DNA from: Camelus ferus
Lineage: Eukaryota
Length of the DNA: 64,000 bases
Assembly (NCBI RefSeq): GCF_009834535.1
Contig: NC_045700.1
Location: 82,956,001 to 83,020,000, forward strand
Direction of reading: 5' to 3'
The translations under genes and the position numbers were made by a program. The first letter of the stretch is position 1, and the number at the start of each line of letters is the position of its first letter. Shown one piece after another: positions 40,401-53,084 of the stretch. The notes beneath the pieces are model-generated. The model was given only the letters and a program-made list of their open reading frames with translations. It was not told the DNA's origin and did no database searches.

Positions 40401-41142
40401 TCTCTACTCTAACAGGAATGGATTCTCTTCTTGAAAATGTTCATCTGATGCCTCCATTGAAACACTGCCTGTCTCACCCACAGCCGTTTATCCTAACCTG
40501 ACCAGAGGCTCCAACAAAGGTCCTCCAAGAAAGAAAGTTTATCCGCCACGAAATTCCCTGAAGTTGTCCAGCAACTTGACCCAGGGTGTGAGGAACTCCT
40601 TGGGCGCTTCCTCCTAAATTACCCAATGCTGCCTGTATTCACCTGGTCTAATCGTNNNNNNNNNNNNNNNNNNNNNNNNNNNNNNNNNNNNNNNNNNNNN
40701 NNNNNNNNNNNNNNNNNNNNNNNNNNNNNNNNNNNNNNNNNNNNNNNNNNNNNNNNNNNNNNNNNNNNNNNNNNNNNNNNNNNNNNNNNNNNNNNNNNNN
40801 NNNNNNNNNNNNNNNNNNNNNNNNNNNNNNNNNNNNNNNNNNNNNNNNNNNNNNNNNNNNNNNNNNNNNNNNNNNNNNNNNNNNNNNNNNNNNNNNNNNN
40901 NNNNNNNNNNNNNNNNNNNNNNNNNNNNNNNNNNNNNNNNNNNNNNNTTTATGTTCCCCTCCATCCCCACATCTTGTCAAGAGAGGCCCAGAAAGCTGGG
41001 GGCGGGGCGAGGGGGGAAGGGCTTCATTCTCTGGGTTATTGGAACAAGACGTTCTCAGAGAAACTCCCACTGTCTTCACTGTTGAAAAACCTGCTCCCCC
41101 ACTGTCCCGTGGCACTGTCTGCGACGACAGAAATAAGTCTAT

Positions 41143-41305
41143 AGCAGTGCAGTCCGGTATGGTCACCGCTGGCTGCATGTGGCTCTTGGGCCCTTGAAAT
41201 GGGGCAAGTGTAAGTTAGAGATTGAATTTTAAACTTAATGTTGGTTAAGTTTAAATTTAAAATAGCCACGTGTGCCTAGCGGCTACTGTATTGGACATGG
41301 CGGGT
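41143..41305 (+). mobile_element. MER3-like hAT element
   Basis: cagtgcagtccggtatggtcaccgctggctgcatgtggctc...aaatagccacgtgtgcctagcggctactgtattggaca, with inverted termini. Confidence 0.75.
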
Positions 41306-41769
41306 CCAGGGTACTGACCGAGAAGGGAGAAATCTGACGGAGAGCCGTAGGCTAGAACAGATTCTCATTCTGCTGCTTACTTACCAGTACATCTATCAGT
41401 GGCCATCTCCCAGACGATCTGTGTCTCAGAGAGGTCTTAAGAGTATTGCATCATGTTTGGTAAATTTTTTTAAAAAGAACTTAAAAATTCAACTCTGAAG
41501 TGGTCTCAACCTTGTCTGTGCAGTAGATTTATGGGGGCCATGATTTTGTTTTATTTTGAGGGGGCACCAAGATGGGGAGCAACTTCTGAGAATATGGATG
41601 CCTTAGTCCCACCCCCAAAGCTTCAGGATTGCAGGACAGCCATGGGTAATTTAATCGTGCACTCAAGTGAGAAAATCCCCCATAGAGAGGCAGTGAATGC
41701 AGGGCAATCTGCTGTCGGGTAGTTTGGGGGAGGAAGTGACCAGCTGGAGGTAAAAGAAGAGAACAAACA

Positions 41770-41905
41770 TTTGTTAGACCCCTACCATGTACGAGATCTT
41801 TGCAAATATTTTCTTACTTAATTCTTAAAACGAACCCACAGGTAGAAAGAATCCCATTTTGCAGATGAGTTAACTGAGGCTTGGAGAGGTTAAACTACCT
41901 TGCCA
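41770..41905 (-). mobile_element. MIR SINE
   Basis: cccattttgcagatgagttaactgaggcttggagaggttaaactaccttgcc. Confidence 0.8.
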
Positions 41906-42944
41906 GTTTGTGGTGTTAATATCAGCACTGTGTTTCTTCTTAACTGGAATCAGAGGGAGGCAATAAACATTAGAGTCATGCAGAGATTTTGAGTTAGCCC
42001 AGAGAACCAGGCCAGGAAAGAAAGGATTGCGAATTGCTTTTGTATTTTTATGGACCTCTTATCAATGACACAAAAAAGCCACTAGTCTTCTTCTCCTATA
42101 CTGCTAAAAACAGTCTCTGAAAAATGCAAACGTTTACCTTAGCTTTAAAACTTTGGGGTCTCCCCATAGGCTAAAATCACTATTTTCCTTTTCTCATTCG
42201 CATATTCAAGGTAAAGCTGACAATTAACGATTTACAGAAGCGTAACATTCCAAGGGTCCAGATACCACACTTACACATATGGCGAACGTGCCAGTAACTG
42301 GGGTCCGTAGCAACCTCTGGGGTCTCCCTAAACTCCCGCGAGGCAAGCTGCTGGAATTAAGCGATTGGCCCATGGTCCCCGAGATCACCGGACAACAGAT
42401 CAGAATCACGAGACTAAAAATGCCTGGGAGCAAAAGCCTGGTTGTCTCGCCACCAAAGGTGAATGTTACGAGGTTCCAGCACAGTCAGACCCCAGCCTAG
42501 AGAAGGCTGCTCTCTCTGGGTGGGAAGTGGGTGGTGGGCTGCCTGATGCAAATTGGGAGCAGTTATCACACTGTGGCTTCCTTCTGTGCTCTAAAATCTC
42601 ACCGCTGGAGAAACGTTGGTAGTGGGTGTGGGCAGGGGAGGAGAGTTGATGAAACCAACCACATACAATGGAACATACGAGAAGAATATTTAGATTGGAA
42701 AAGAAAAAGCTGGAACTTGAGCATATCAAACATACACGGCATCCAGAGAAAGTACTCAGTCTATGGAAGGAACAGAAAAGTAGATGAGGCAATCTTTGCC
42801 CATTTGCGCTTCCACCGAAGGCTGGCCCCAGTAGACTTCTTCCCTCTCAAAGTTCTTGCTTTAGCTGGGGGAGGGGTAGGGACACCACCACTCACTCTGT
42901 GAATCTTCCGGGGGGTGCAGCTCCATCACCAAGCTGGGGTGGAG

Positions 42945-43520
42945 TCCTGGGCACATTCCCTAACATCTGAGTGAGCAGTTGCCTTGTCTATAAAATGAAG
43001 ATAATGTCTATCTCATAGATTTGTTATCCCAGGAGCCCTGTGATAAGGTTTATTGAAAGCGTCTAATACACCACCTGGGTATAATTATAAAATGTGGTTG
43101 TTGTTATTATTACTATAATCATCATCATCTCTGGTTATGAAAGGAACTCCTGAGGGTACGGCGATTTCCATACAAATTTGGGATGGACCTGAAACTCCTC
43201 TGCCCACTCCTTTGACAGGGCTAGACAATGGCCCCACAGCTGGCCCAACTGCCCCCAGACCAGAGAGGCTTCTATTTGCAGTGATGTTTCCAGGCTAGCC
43301 AAGATGGAATTTATGGTAGGTACAAAACAAAAATAATTAAGAATAGTCATAATGACAGTAAAAGCTGAAACCCATCAAGCAGCATGATTTCATGCATCTC
43401 ACACAGTATGTAAACCACACGAGAGTGTTGAGTAGCAGCAACCGTGAGGGAGGTACTATTATTAGTCCATTCGACAGATGAGGAGACTGAGACTCAAAAG
43501 ACTCAACAGTCCCTCAGGTA
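42945..43520. mobile_element. Two MIR fragments in opposite orientation (about 42945-43110 plus; about 43340-43520 minus)
   Basis: cagttgccttgtctataaaatgaagataatg (plus core) and attagtccattcgacagatgaggagactgagactcaaaag (minus core). Confidence 0.7.
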
Positions 43521-44155
43521 TTAGACGGTGGGCTGGGAAGCCACGCCAAAACCTGTGGGAAGCCTGTGTCTGGCCACTGGGCTCTGTCCCACCACACAGA
43601 CTCACCCAAGGAGAGAAAGCAGGGGAGGGCCACCTGGCCCACCACTCCCTGCTCCGGTAAGGTCCCAGCCATTGCAGGGTCTGTGAAGCCCGGAGTGTGC
43701 ATGAAAGGAATGGCTACACTCAGGAACACCCAAGTGTGAGAAAAGATTTCTTTACCTCCCTCCGCACTGGGGTGCCAACCCCATCCATTCCTTAATCCAA
43801 CATATATTCAGTGCCCATCACTCAACAAGCATTTATTGGGATCCAGGCTTAAATGTTATGAACACAAAACTCGGAGGAAAGAATGGAGAAGGGACACGCA
43901 AGGCACAAGCTATGACATCAGTCACAGAACTGAAGCCCCCTGCCCACATGTGATCCCATCCTTGGAACCCCGCCCCACCCTTGTTTCCCCTGCAGCTGTC
44001 AAGCTTCCCCAAGAGATCTCATGAAACAAACTGTAAAGCCATTTATAAATCCTAATCTCAGCTCTAATGATACTGTCAGACAACCCCTGAATGTTCAATC
44101 TCTGCTCCACAAAGTAGTCTGTTGGCAGCTATGCATTTTGAAGGCGACAAGATCA

Positions 44156-44560
<405 letters not shown>

Positions 44561-44729
44561 TCAGAAGAAGGGGGACATCTTTGCTAATCACTAGTGATCA
44601 TCTGGCTGAAGATGCGGGTAAAGCAACCAAAAACAGTCATTGGCAACCGTCACTCTGTAAGGGTCATTAACACTACTGGTCAGGTGGCAAAGCCCTGGGG
44701 AAAATTTTTCTTAAAATCTGTTGTATATT

Positions 44730-44842
44730 GGGTGGGGGAAGGTATAGCTCAGTGGTAGAGCACAAGCTTAGCATGCACGAGGTCCTGGGTTTGATCCCCA
44801 GCACATCTATTAAAATAAAATAAAATAAAAAGTAAAATAAAA
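44730..44842 (+). mobile_element. vic-1-like SINE copy 6 (short type, (taaaa)n tail), about 240 bp upstream of the exon 4 acceptor
   Basis: ggtatagctcagtggtagagcacaagcttagcatgcacgaggtcctgggtttgatccccagcacatctattaaaataaaataaaataaaa. Confidence 0.92.
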
Positions 44843-45162
44843 CCAGCAGTATCAATAAAATCACAGCTAAAGTTTACCAAGTGCTTCCTACATGCTTATA
44901 TATGTGATGCTGTTTGATCCTTACAGCTCCCTTTTCCTTAAGCACCATTATTAGCCTTACCTCAGGCATGAGGAATACCAGCTTTGAGCAGTAAACTGTC
45001 GGCACCAGACCACGCATCTGGCTAATGTCAGGGAGCAGCTTTGACCTCAAGTGTTATGCCCCCCAAGCCTGAACATTTGGCCACATGCTATGGAATCTGA
45101 GAGTATGATCTTGGATCAACTAGCTGAAAGGGTATCCAAAAAATTGGTTGGTGATAATTTCT

Positions 45163-45228
45163 TTCTTCTGTTTGTTTGTTTTTCTCTTTAATGGAGGTAC
45201 TGGGGATTGAACCCAGGACCTCGAGCAC
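45163..45228 (-). mobile_element. 5'-truncated vic-1-like SINE copy 7
   Basis: Only the B-box half and tail remain. 13-bp TSD with one mismatch: ggtgataatttct (45150-45162) and ggtgattatttct (45229-45241). Confidence 0.88.
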
Positions 45229-46867
45229 GGTGATTATTTCTTAATCACTGCTACAGAGAGAACCAAAGTGAAAGACCAACAAAAGCAACCAAGCATCAAA
45301 GAAAAGAGTTGGTAAGACGCGGATCACAATTTCAGGGGAAAGTAATATAAACTACCCAACAGTAGGTTCTGGAATATGTATGTTAAGATTATTTTTTAAG
45401 ATCAGCAGATACTTTGTGTTTACTTTCAAACGAAGAAAGCCCTCCTGTTTTTCCCTTCCTCCATTTTGCCAACACCCTCCTCCCTCTGTACATTCAGCCC
45501 AAGCGGCTGGTGCAGAGAACACGGACCACGTAGTTCCTCATGCACCTGACACGCTTTCCATGACTTCATATTAACAAACATCACACTGACACTGCGGACT
45601 GCTTTTACTAATGTGGAAAAACTCAATAATTCTGGGAAGCCTCACAATAAAAAATAATTAATAGGGCCTCGCTCTCCCTTTTTTTCCTCCCCTATGCCCT
45701 TTACGATTGCCTCCCAAATCTGCCTCAACCGAAAATAAAAATTGACCGACAGCATACGAATTAAACCCACAGGGACAAGGCCATTAAAAATAGCTGTTTC
45801 ATTAAGACCAGAGGTACCAAAAAAAAAAAAAATGTGATGGTTACCCACAATCTTTCCAGTATGACTCACAGTCTCCTCCATTTATCACATACTTTGGGTG
45901 TTTCTCTGCTATCAAAAGAATTAGCTGAGAGAAGGACCCAACAGGCACTTTCCAACAGCATGACCACCGCAAGAGACCAACCACGCCAGCCATCCAGCAG
46001 ATTTTACTCAAACGAGTGGAAAAAGAGACAGTCACAGAACTGCGTGATTCTCTGAGGAGATATGGCCGCGTTCCCCGGCTCGTTACTCATCCATCAAGCA
46101 TCCGTATGGCTTCCAACTGAAGCCTGTTCCTCCCTCTAGCACATCCTGTTGGTATTTTCTTAATCATGCTCTTGTAATGGCAAGCGGAAAGGGAGTTTAG
46201 CAGAAGCTCCAGAATGGGACAAGTTATTTCATCATTATTAACTAGTTGTTTATGGAATTTCCTTTAATGAGCCAAAACTTTATGATGTGTGGCACACCGA
46301 CAATAAAAGCGCTCGGAGATCAATCTGTCCCTTATTTGCTTTCGTCTCTCACTGGACCGGAGCATCTTAGAAAAACATCTTGCTCCAATGACTGAGATTT
46401 ATGTGTCTCAAGTTTATACACATCACATAATTAGATAAGGTTCAACCTGCAAGGTGCTTTTTGGTCATGCTTAAGACAGCCCTAGGGTTTCGATTAAAAT
46501 CAAAACCTCCAGCTTTGGCAGGAAGAAGCACTGAGGGCCAAGCCTGTCCTTCTCACTTCAAACACAAGGAGTCCTCGAACTCGACACAAACCCACTGGGT
46601 CCCGTCTGTCACTCGATCAGTCACAGCCAACAAAGTCAATTTGTGAAAACCTGGTCACTCGGGGATAGGACTGCCAAGAAGGGATAAATTGCTTTTATTT
46701 TTTCACATCTGGATGCTGGAGGAAAACTTTCCGAGTTCCTGCCGAAATCCTTCATTTCATCTGGCATCAAAATTCAAAAACTCACGATGGGAGTGGAAGA
46801 TCAGCAACAAAAACTGGCCTATGACTGATTCATTGCAATGTGAAAACAGAACACATTCAAAAACTTG

Positions 46868-47022
46868 CTGCAGGGGAGGGTGTAGCTCAAGGAATAGAGC
46901 GCATGCGCAAGGTCCTGGGTTCAATCCCCAGTACCTCCTACAAAAATAAATAAAACTAATTACCTCCCCCCAGATCCTGCCCCCCCCAAATTAAATAATA
47001 CAATAATATATAAATATTAAAA
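46868..47022 (+). mobile_element. vic-1-like SINE copy 8 with the anticodon loop deleted
   Basis: agagcgcatgcgcaaggtcc lacks the ttagcatgc seen in other copies. B box gggttcaatccc intact. TSD aaaaacttg at 46859-46867 and 47023-47031. Confidence 0.9.
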
Positions 47023-48469
47023 AAAAACTTGTTAGGAAACAAGAGCATTGCTATTTCCTCAACTTCTATAGGACTACTTCCAGTTAAAGAATAAAATTTG
47101 TAGTTCACAAAAAATCAAATAGAATGTTTCAAATATTTTCAAATATGAAAATTTTCAAATGTTTTTAAAATTTCAAAAATTAGTTGTGTATAGACAGGTT
47201 TATTTAAGGGGGAAAAATAGTTTGTAATTTTATACTTTTTTCCTGTTTCCTTGAAGCTGGTAGATGAATATTTTACCAAGAATAAGTATTTGTGAAGTCA
47301 TTTGGGGAATACAGAACTGTACACCTATTTAGAAAACTGAAGACCGCTGTTCTTTAAAAACACACTGACTATTTTTACTCTCCGTTCCTCTTGCTTTTAC
47401 ACACGCAAGCAGAAAACACAAAATTGTCATTGTGCTATTCTCAGCAACCCTTAGTACCCTTAACACATTCTTTTGTCTTCAACTACATTAAGACCATGTT
47501 ATTAATATTTCAGGATTCTTAGAAATTATCTCTCAAAATAAAGTCGTGGTTTTTCATGCGCACAGCCGTTTTGCTGCCTACATTCAAAATGACTTTCTAA
47601 ACTGATGGTTCAGTACATTTCTTTGCTCTGTGTGGTCCACAGCCTTCTAGCGTTTGGTGGATGAATGTGTAAGTCCATCCCAAATTTATTCACCACTTAT
47701 TTGCTTCTTAAAATCTTCATTGCATCTTTCCTTCTAAATAAAATCCCCATGAAGCATGTATTGGGGATAGCAAGCATTGACACGTCTTATGATTTTCCAC
47801 TATTGTCTTTTAAATGAGAACTATGACGTTGTAGTTTTGAATGGTAGTGACTCGGTAAGCAAGTCTAGAGAGAGACAAACTGCACCCCCAAGAGATGCCT
47901 TCCTTCCGCCCTCTTGCCGGTGAAAGTTCGCAAGATGGGGTGCAGCTGAAGGAGCACGTTACTTAGCCTTTCAAATACGCCTCTATTGTGGGAAGATTAG
48001 CTCACACATGCCATGCAAAACGTTGAATTCTTTGTCGTTCTCTTTGCCTTAATTAGTTCTTTCTGCTGACTTTAAATAAAAGAAGATACATGAGAATAAA
48101 GAAAAAAAAGAAAAACTATATTCTTTCATTGGCTCACCTACTTACATAACGAGGTTGCATTTTTAGGATAGCCTTCTGTAGAAGTTTCTTTGTGGAATAC
48201 TTAAACATAATTATTTTTGGTTAAAAGCAAATGAACAAAAAAGATTCTCCAGGCAAAAAAGTATTTTCAGGGTTTCTCAGTGCATAGATGATTTGCATGA
48301 AGTGTAATGTCCAACTTAAGGAACTGTTAAACCTATGCTTAAAAAATATTATATATATATGTTTTGATCATTTTTCTCATTTTTAGAGAAATACAGAAAG
48401 ACTGATAGTACCTGATAGCCTTTATGGTTCATTTTAAAACTAGTTTGTAAAAATAACTAATAGTAATGT

Positions 48470-48665
48470 CAGTTCATTGAGCATTTAGGGTGTCTACATG
48501 CATTATTTCATTTAGTCTTCACAACAGTCCTGTAAGCTTGAGGTTTTACTAAGATTCCCATTTTGCAAATGAAGACACTGAGGGTTTTAAGTAACTTGTC
48601 CGGGGGACACACCGTTAAAGTGGTGGAGCCAGCGTCTAATTCCAGTTCACATTCTTCTAAAAGGG
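48470..48665 (-). mobile_element. MIR SINE
   Basis: catttagtcttcacaacagtcctgtaag...cccattttgcaaatgaagacactgagggttttaagtaacttgtcc. Confidence 0.8.
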
Positions 48666-48834
48666 TCCTTATAATAGGGTTAAGACTGACTTGCAGCAAA
48701 AATGCGACTGATACAATTGAGTGGTGGGAAAATGGGGATGGTTTCAACTTCCACGTGTCCTCCCAGCCCATCCAGTTGCTGCTTTCAACAGCCGCAGTAC
48801 CTGCAACCCACCTTCCGTGTCCCAGCCCTTCAGA

Positions 48835-49150
48835 GCTGCACCGTCTAGTAAGGTAACTAACTACTCACCACTGGCGTCCACTGAGCACGTGAAATGTGGT
48901 TGGTCCCAATGGAAACCAACTCTATGCGTAAAAATATACAGTAGATTTCAATCACTTAGTACTCAAAAGAGAAGAAATATGTTCTTAATAATGTTTATAT
49001 TGATTACATATTGAAGCAACATTTTGGATATATCAAGTTGAATAACATACCATTAAATTTAATTTTACATTTTTTAATGTGTCCACTAAAAACTTAAAGT
49101 TATCTACGAGACCTGCATCTTGCATTGTATTTCTATTGGGCAATGCTTTG
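48835..49150 (+). mobile_element. MER33-like hAT element
   Basis: ccactgagcacgtgaaatgtggttggtcc...atgtttatattgattacatattgaagcaacattttggatatat...gtatttctattgggcaatgct. Confidence 0.72.
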
Positions 49151-50224
49151 CTAGAGTGTGGACTTTTAAGTCGTGTGTGTGCGCTGTGTGCGGTGCGCAC
49201 CCATGCGCATGAATGCCCACAGGGCGTTCTTGCAAAACGCTGGGATCCGGCAGTGGTGGCGGATGTAGAACTGTCACCCAAGGACCCTTTATTCAAACAT
49301 ACCCTCAGCCCGCCTCCGGGACGCTGATTGAACTTCTTATTTAAGCAAGGGTCTCAGGCAGCTAGCTAATTTGAAAAAACCTAATTTGTGCTAAAGTACT
49401 AACAAATAAACATTAATGTGTTAAAAATTACCTTCCGAGGTAACAAATTTGCATTTTAATTCGGAGCCTCCAGAAGGTCAAAGCTGAAATTCCAGCAGTG
49501 AGTCTCTTGGGGGAATTTGAGCCTTTTATGCAAACTGGTCCTCAGGGAACATTTGACTCTGGGAGGCCTTGGGGGTCCCTCTAACCTCATGACGTGGGGA
49601 TGCGATTAGGCACACACTTCCAAACGGGGTTGCTCAGCCTTTTGCGTACTGGTTATAGAGTATTTTCAGTGTGCTTAGGAATTTATTTCAGAAATATCAA
49701 AGTAATGTAATGGCCATTATCAAATGAGTGTCTGATTGTTCACTTGCTAGACTGCAGTACATGAATAATGTAAGAGTAAATGAAAGGAAAGGAGAACTAT
49801 CTGTCAAAGAGGGTTTCTGCTTTTGAGGTTTTTGCAAAAATGTGCACTCCCCAGCTCTCGTTGGGAAAGCTGTGAACATCACAGATTCCCCATAGTACAG
49901 ATGGGAAAATTGAGGCAGAGAAGTTAACGATTAGCCCAAGGCAGGATTGCTTTTTGAACCCAGGCAGTTGTAGCTTACACTAGGAACTCTGCTTCTAGAC
50001 CTCTTTCTCATGCTTTTAACGTCTGCGAGATAAAGATGGACAATTGTTACAGGGAAATGGGTTCTGCCTTCCAACCATCTGACTCTGTTTCATTTGTAAA
50101 TAGCAAAACACAGACAAAATCACATTGTTCCAGTCATTTGCCTTCCACCACTGGTCTTTCTGATACGTGTTGAGAAAAAATAAAAACTGAGTTTTTTAAG
50201 GGACTTTAAAGATCATCTAATGTT

Positions 50225-50608
50225 GCAGGGTGGGCAAACACTTTTGTAAAGATCTAGATAGTAAGTAATTTAGGCTTTGTAGGTGAAGAGGAAGACCAAG
50301 GCTATTAAAAAGGTACTCACATAATAAGATAAAATTCTAATAAATTTCTATACAATTTTTTATTGATGGAATTCAAAATATAACAGTAACAATTAAGTGC
50401 TACTTACTAATGAGAAGAATGGAATTCCTATCTGGAGAGGGAATATTTCACTTAATTGGGGTTCAAAGAAAGTGTTCCTTATTATCAAATCGATGGCAAA
50501 TGTCATCTATAAAAACCATTCTTAGCTCTCAGGCCGTAAGAAACAGGTGGCAGGCCTGTGAATGGGGGGATGGATGGTGGGGGGGCAGGGTCATACTTTG
50601 CCGACTTA
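50225..50608 (+). mobile_element. MER58D-like hAT element
   Basis: cagggtgggcaaac...ctaatgagaagaatggaattc...cacttaattggggttcaaag...aaaaaccattcttagctc...atactttgccgac. Confidence 0.78.
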
Positions 50609-50668
50609 ATCCAGTGCAACATACTCATTTTTGAGATGAATGTCTTGCCCAGTATTCCTTCTAGAGCA

Positions 50669-51078
50669 TGCCAGGATCAAGCCTGGAATCCATGGTTCCT
50701 GGATCTCTGCTACCTTGCAGTGCCCCCGGGGTTCCAAAGAGCAAATTCAAGCAGTAACTAAGTAAGAGAAGCGATGGAACACAGAAACAAAGGAAAAGCA
50801 GGTAGGAAAGATAACTTGAACAATAGCTCAGAGATAAAACAGAGCCTGAGTTCCTTCTCAAGGGATACACAAACTGATACAAATCTTTGAGTTCTCCAGG
50901 AACTCAGGCCTCCCTCCACCCAGGACGATGGTAACCACCTGCAAAGAACCAGAAGGCTGACGATTGAGATTCCTGGAACACCACCCTGTTACCTCAACAC
51001 CAACAGATCAGAAAAAAGTCATACACCCTGCAGCTGTCACCCCAAATGTTGTCTTTAAAGACCTTTCCCCGAAAACCC
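50669..51078 (+). mobile_element. Partial LTR (U3) related to the 31657-32181 LTR
   Basis: Shared blocks: cagaaacaaagga, ataaaac..cctgagttc.t.ctcaaggg.tac, acaccaccctgt.acctca. The R/U5 part is missing and the 5' boundary is uncertain. Confidence 0.7.
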
Positions 51079-51105
51079 ATTTAAAAGTAAATTTACGTAT
51101 TATAA

Positions 51106-51558
51106 TGTGAAGGAAAAGCTGGGCTGGTCTGACAAGATAACTCACAGGTCTAGGAATGTGAGGGAGAGGCTGGGCTGGGCTAACAAGTCTTAAGTATTGG
51201 AATACTGATCTGAGTTCTGCTGGACTAACTTGTAAATCTAAGTTAATTAGTGTTGGTTTGCTGTTTATGTTTTTTGCTAGCCAGCTGGATTTTCAAAGAT
51301 ACATATCTGGCTTTGGAATGTTGGTTTGCTGCCTCCCCGCCTCCACTTTTGTGATGATGATGTTGCTAAAGTTGTTCCATGCCTGTTGGCCGAATACCCC
51401 AAGCTTGTACTTTACCCTATAAAACCTCATGTGCACATCTTGAATGTGCTCAGAGCTTCGGAGCAGAAGCCCCTCTGAGCCCGCCGGCGTAATACATCTG
51501 AGTACTCCAACCCTCCAAGTGGTACTTGTTTCTTGACTGGCCTGTCATTTCCGTAACA
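51106..51558 (+). mobile_element. Complete ERV1-type solo LTR (453 bp), antisense to EPHA4, intron 3
   Basis: TGTGA...GTAACA termini; 4-bp flanks ataa/atac (one mismatch). TATA box cctataaaa near 51416; degenerate poly(A) signal aataca near 51491. U3 direct repeats tgttggtttgctg at 51251 and 51319. Confidence 0.85.
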
Positions 51559-53034
51559 ATACTACTGAGTCAAAATTTGGTTTCTGGTAAGATGGTTGAT
51601 GGAACGTTTACTCTTGCAGCGATGGTAAGAAAGTGATGTAGCCTGATGTGGGGGCTGAGGTACTGATTACATGAGATAATACAGACACAGATGAAGCACA
51701 ATTAGCAACTCACTAAAAGGGTAACCTGTTATTACTACAGTGGGATATAATTCACTGCAAAGATGCGGATAATCCAAATATTAACAAAATAAAACCCTCA
51801 TGTTTTGTTTTGTTTTCGAATAGAACTGTATAGAATTTCAAAAACACTATGAGATAACTCACTCACAGTTTTACTTCCTTTGTTAATATGATGTGAAAAA
51901 CCTCGGACGAAATTCTGGCCCACGGCAACTGCCTCTTATTCAGTGACCATAGACAAGGCAGATACAGGGGCAGACAAAACTGTATTTTAAAAACATGTAA
52001 GCGTATTTTTTAAATAAATGAATTATTGAGTTGGGTTTTGTGGTTTCTTTTTCCATCAACAACAGTTTATGATCCAGACCAACTCCTTCAGCAAACCACA
52101 GTTCCACCCTATTTTCTACCCTTCATCTCCTCCATTGTTTCCACGCTCAACTTGAAGCTAGCTTTCATAAACACAGACAAAAAGGGGGGAAGAAAAAGAC
52201 AGGAAAAATCTATGCCGAAAATTGACTTGCTCTTTCAAGAACAGAATGCAGTATAATCCCATAAACAGGGAGGTAATTCTAAAATGTCAGATGAAGACGG
52301 TTTTCACATAAGGTGCAGTAAATCCTCCAGAAGCAAGTTCACGCAAAGCCTGTTAAATTTAAATTAACTCCATAAAAATTATTGAACACAAGCAAAAAGA
52401 ATGCAACGGTGAAGTAGCGTACGATTTTCCCTGCTTGCCTCCAAAACAGTCTAATTTATTGAAGGAGCTATTTCTCTTTGGTGAATTGGGAGGGAGTCAA
52501 CTGGAACAGCCGAAGTTCCAAAGTAGACAGAGTTCAACTGAACGCAGAAGAGAAGGAAATTAATTAGTAGATTCAGCATATTAATAAGGCATTATTCCAC
52601 TATCAGAAATTGCTTAAAAGAAACTCTCCTCACATATGTGTGAAAGTACAAGCAGGAATGAAGGTTGCTAGCTACAGACTTTGGCCACACCAGTTTGGAA
52701 TTCTCTCTTACGGGGGAATTTTTAAGGGCCCCAACAAAGGCAGTCAGTCAGGCTCCAAATTTGGAGGCAAGTGACTTGACTGATAGGACAAGTGAAAGGT
52801 TGCAGGAGTTTTGAAAGAGACAAAATCTGCTCGGATCAAGCCCACAAGATGTTACCAGAATTGACCACAGTGAGGCTAGAAACTGTCTGAGCTTTATGAT
52901 TTTCTCTAAGATGAGAATTAGTATGAATTTATAATGAATCACGATAGAGCATTGTTAGAAATGAATAAGTTATTTCAATTTTATAAGGAGTATGAATTTC
53001 AATTTCAAAATAAAAGGCAGCGCAGCAAACTGTA

Positions 53035-53037
<3 letters not shown>

Positions 53038-53083
<46 letters not shown>
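53038..53083. repeat. (AT)20 microsatellite forming a perfect 46-bp palindrome act(at)20agt
   Basis: Read directly. Confidence 0.95.
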
Positions 53084-53084
<1 letters not shown>

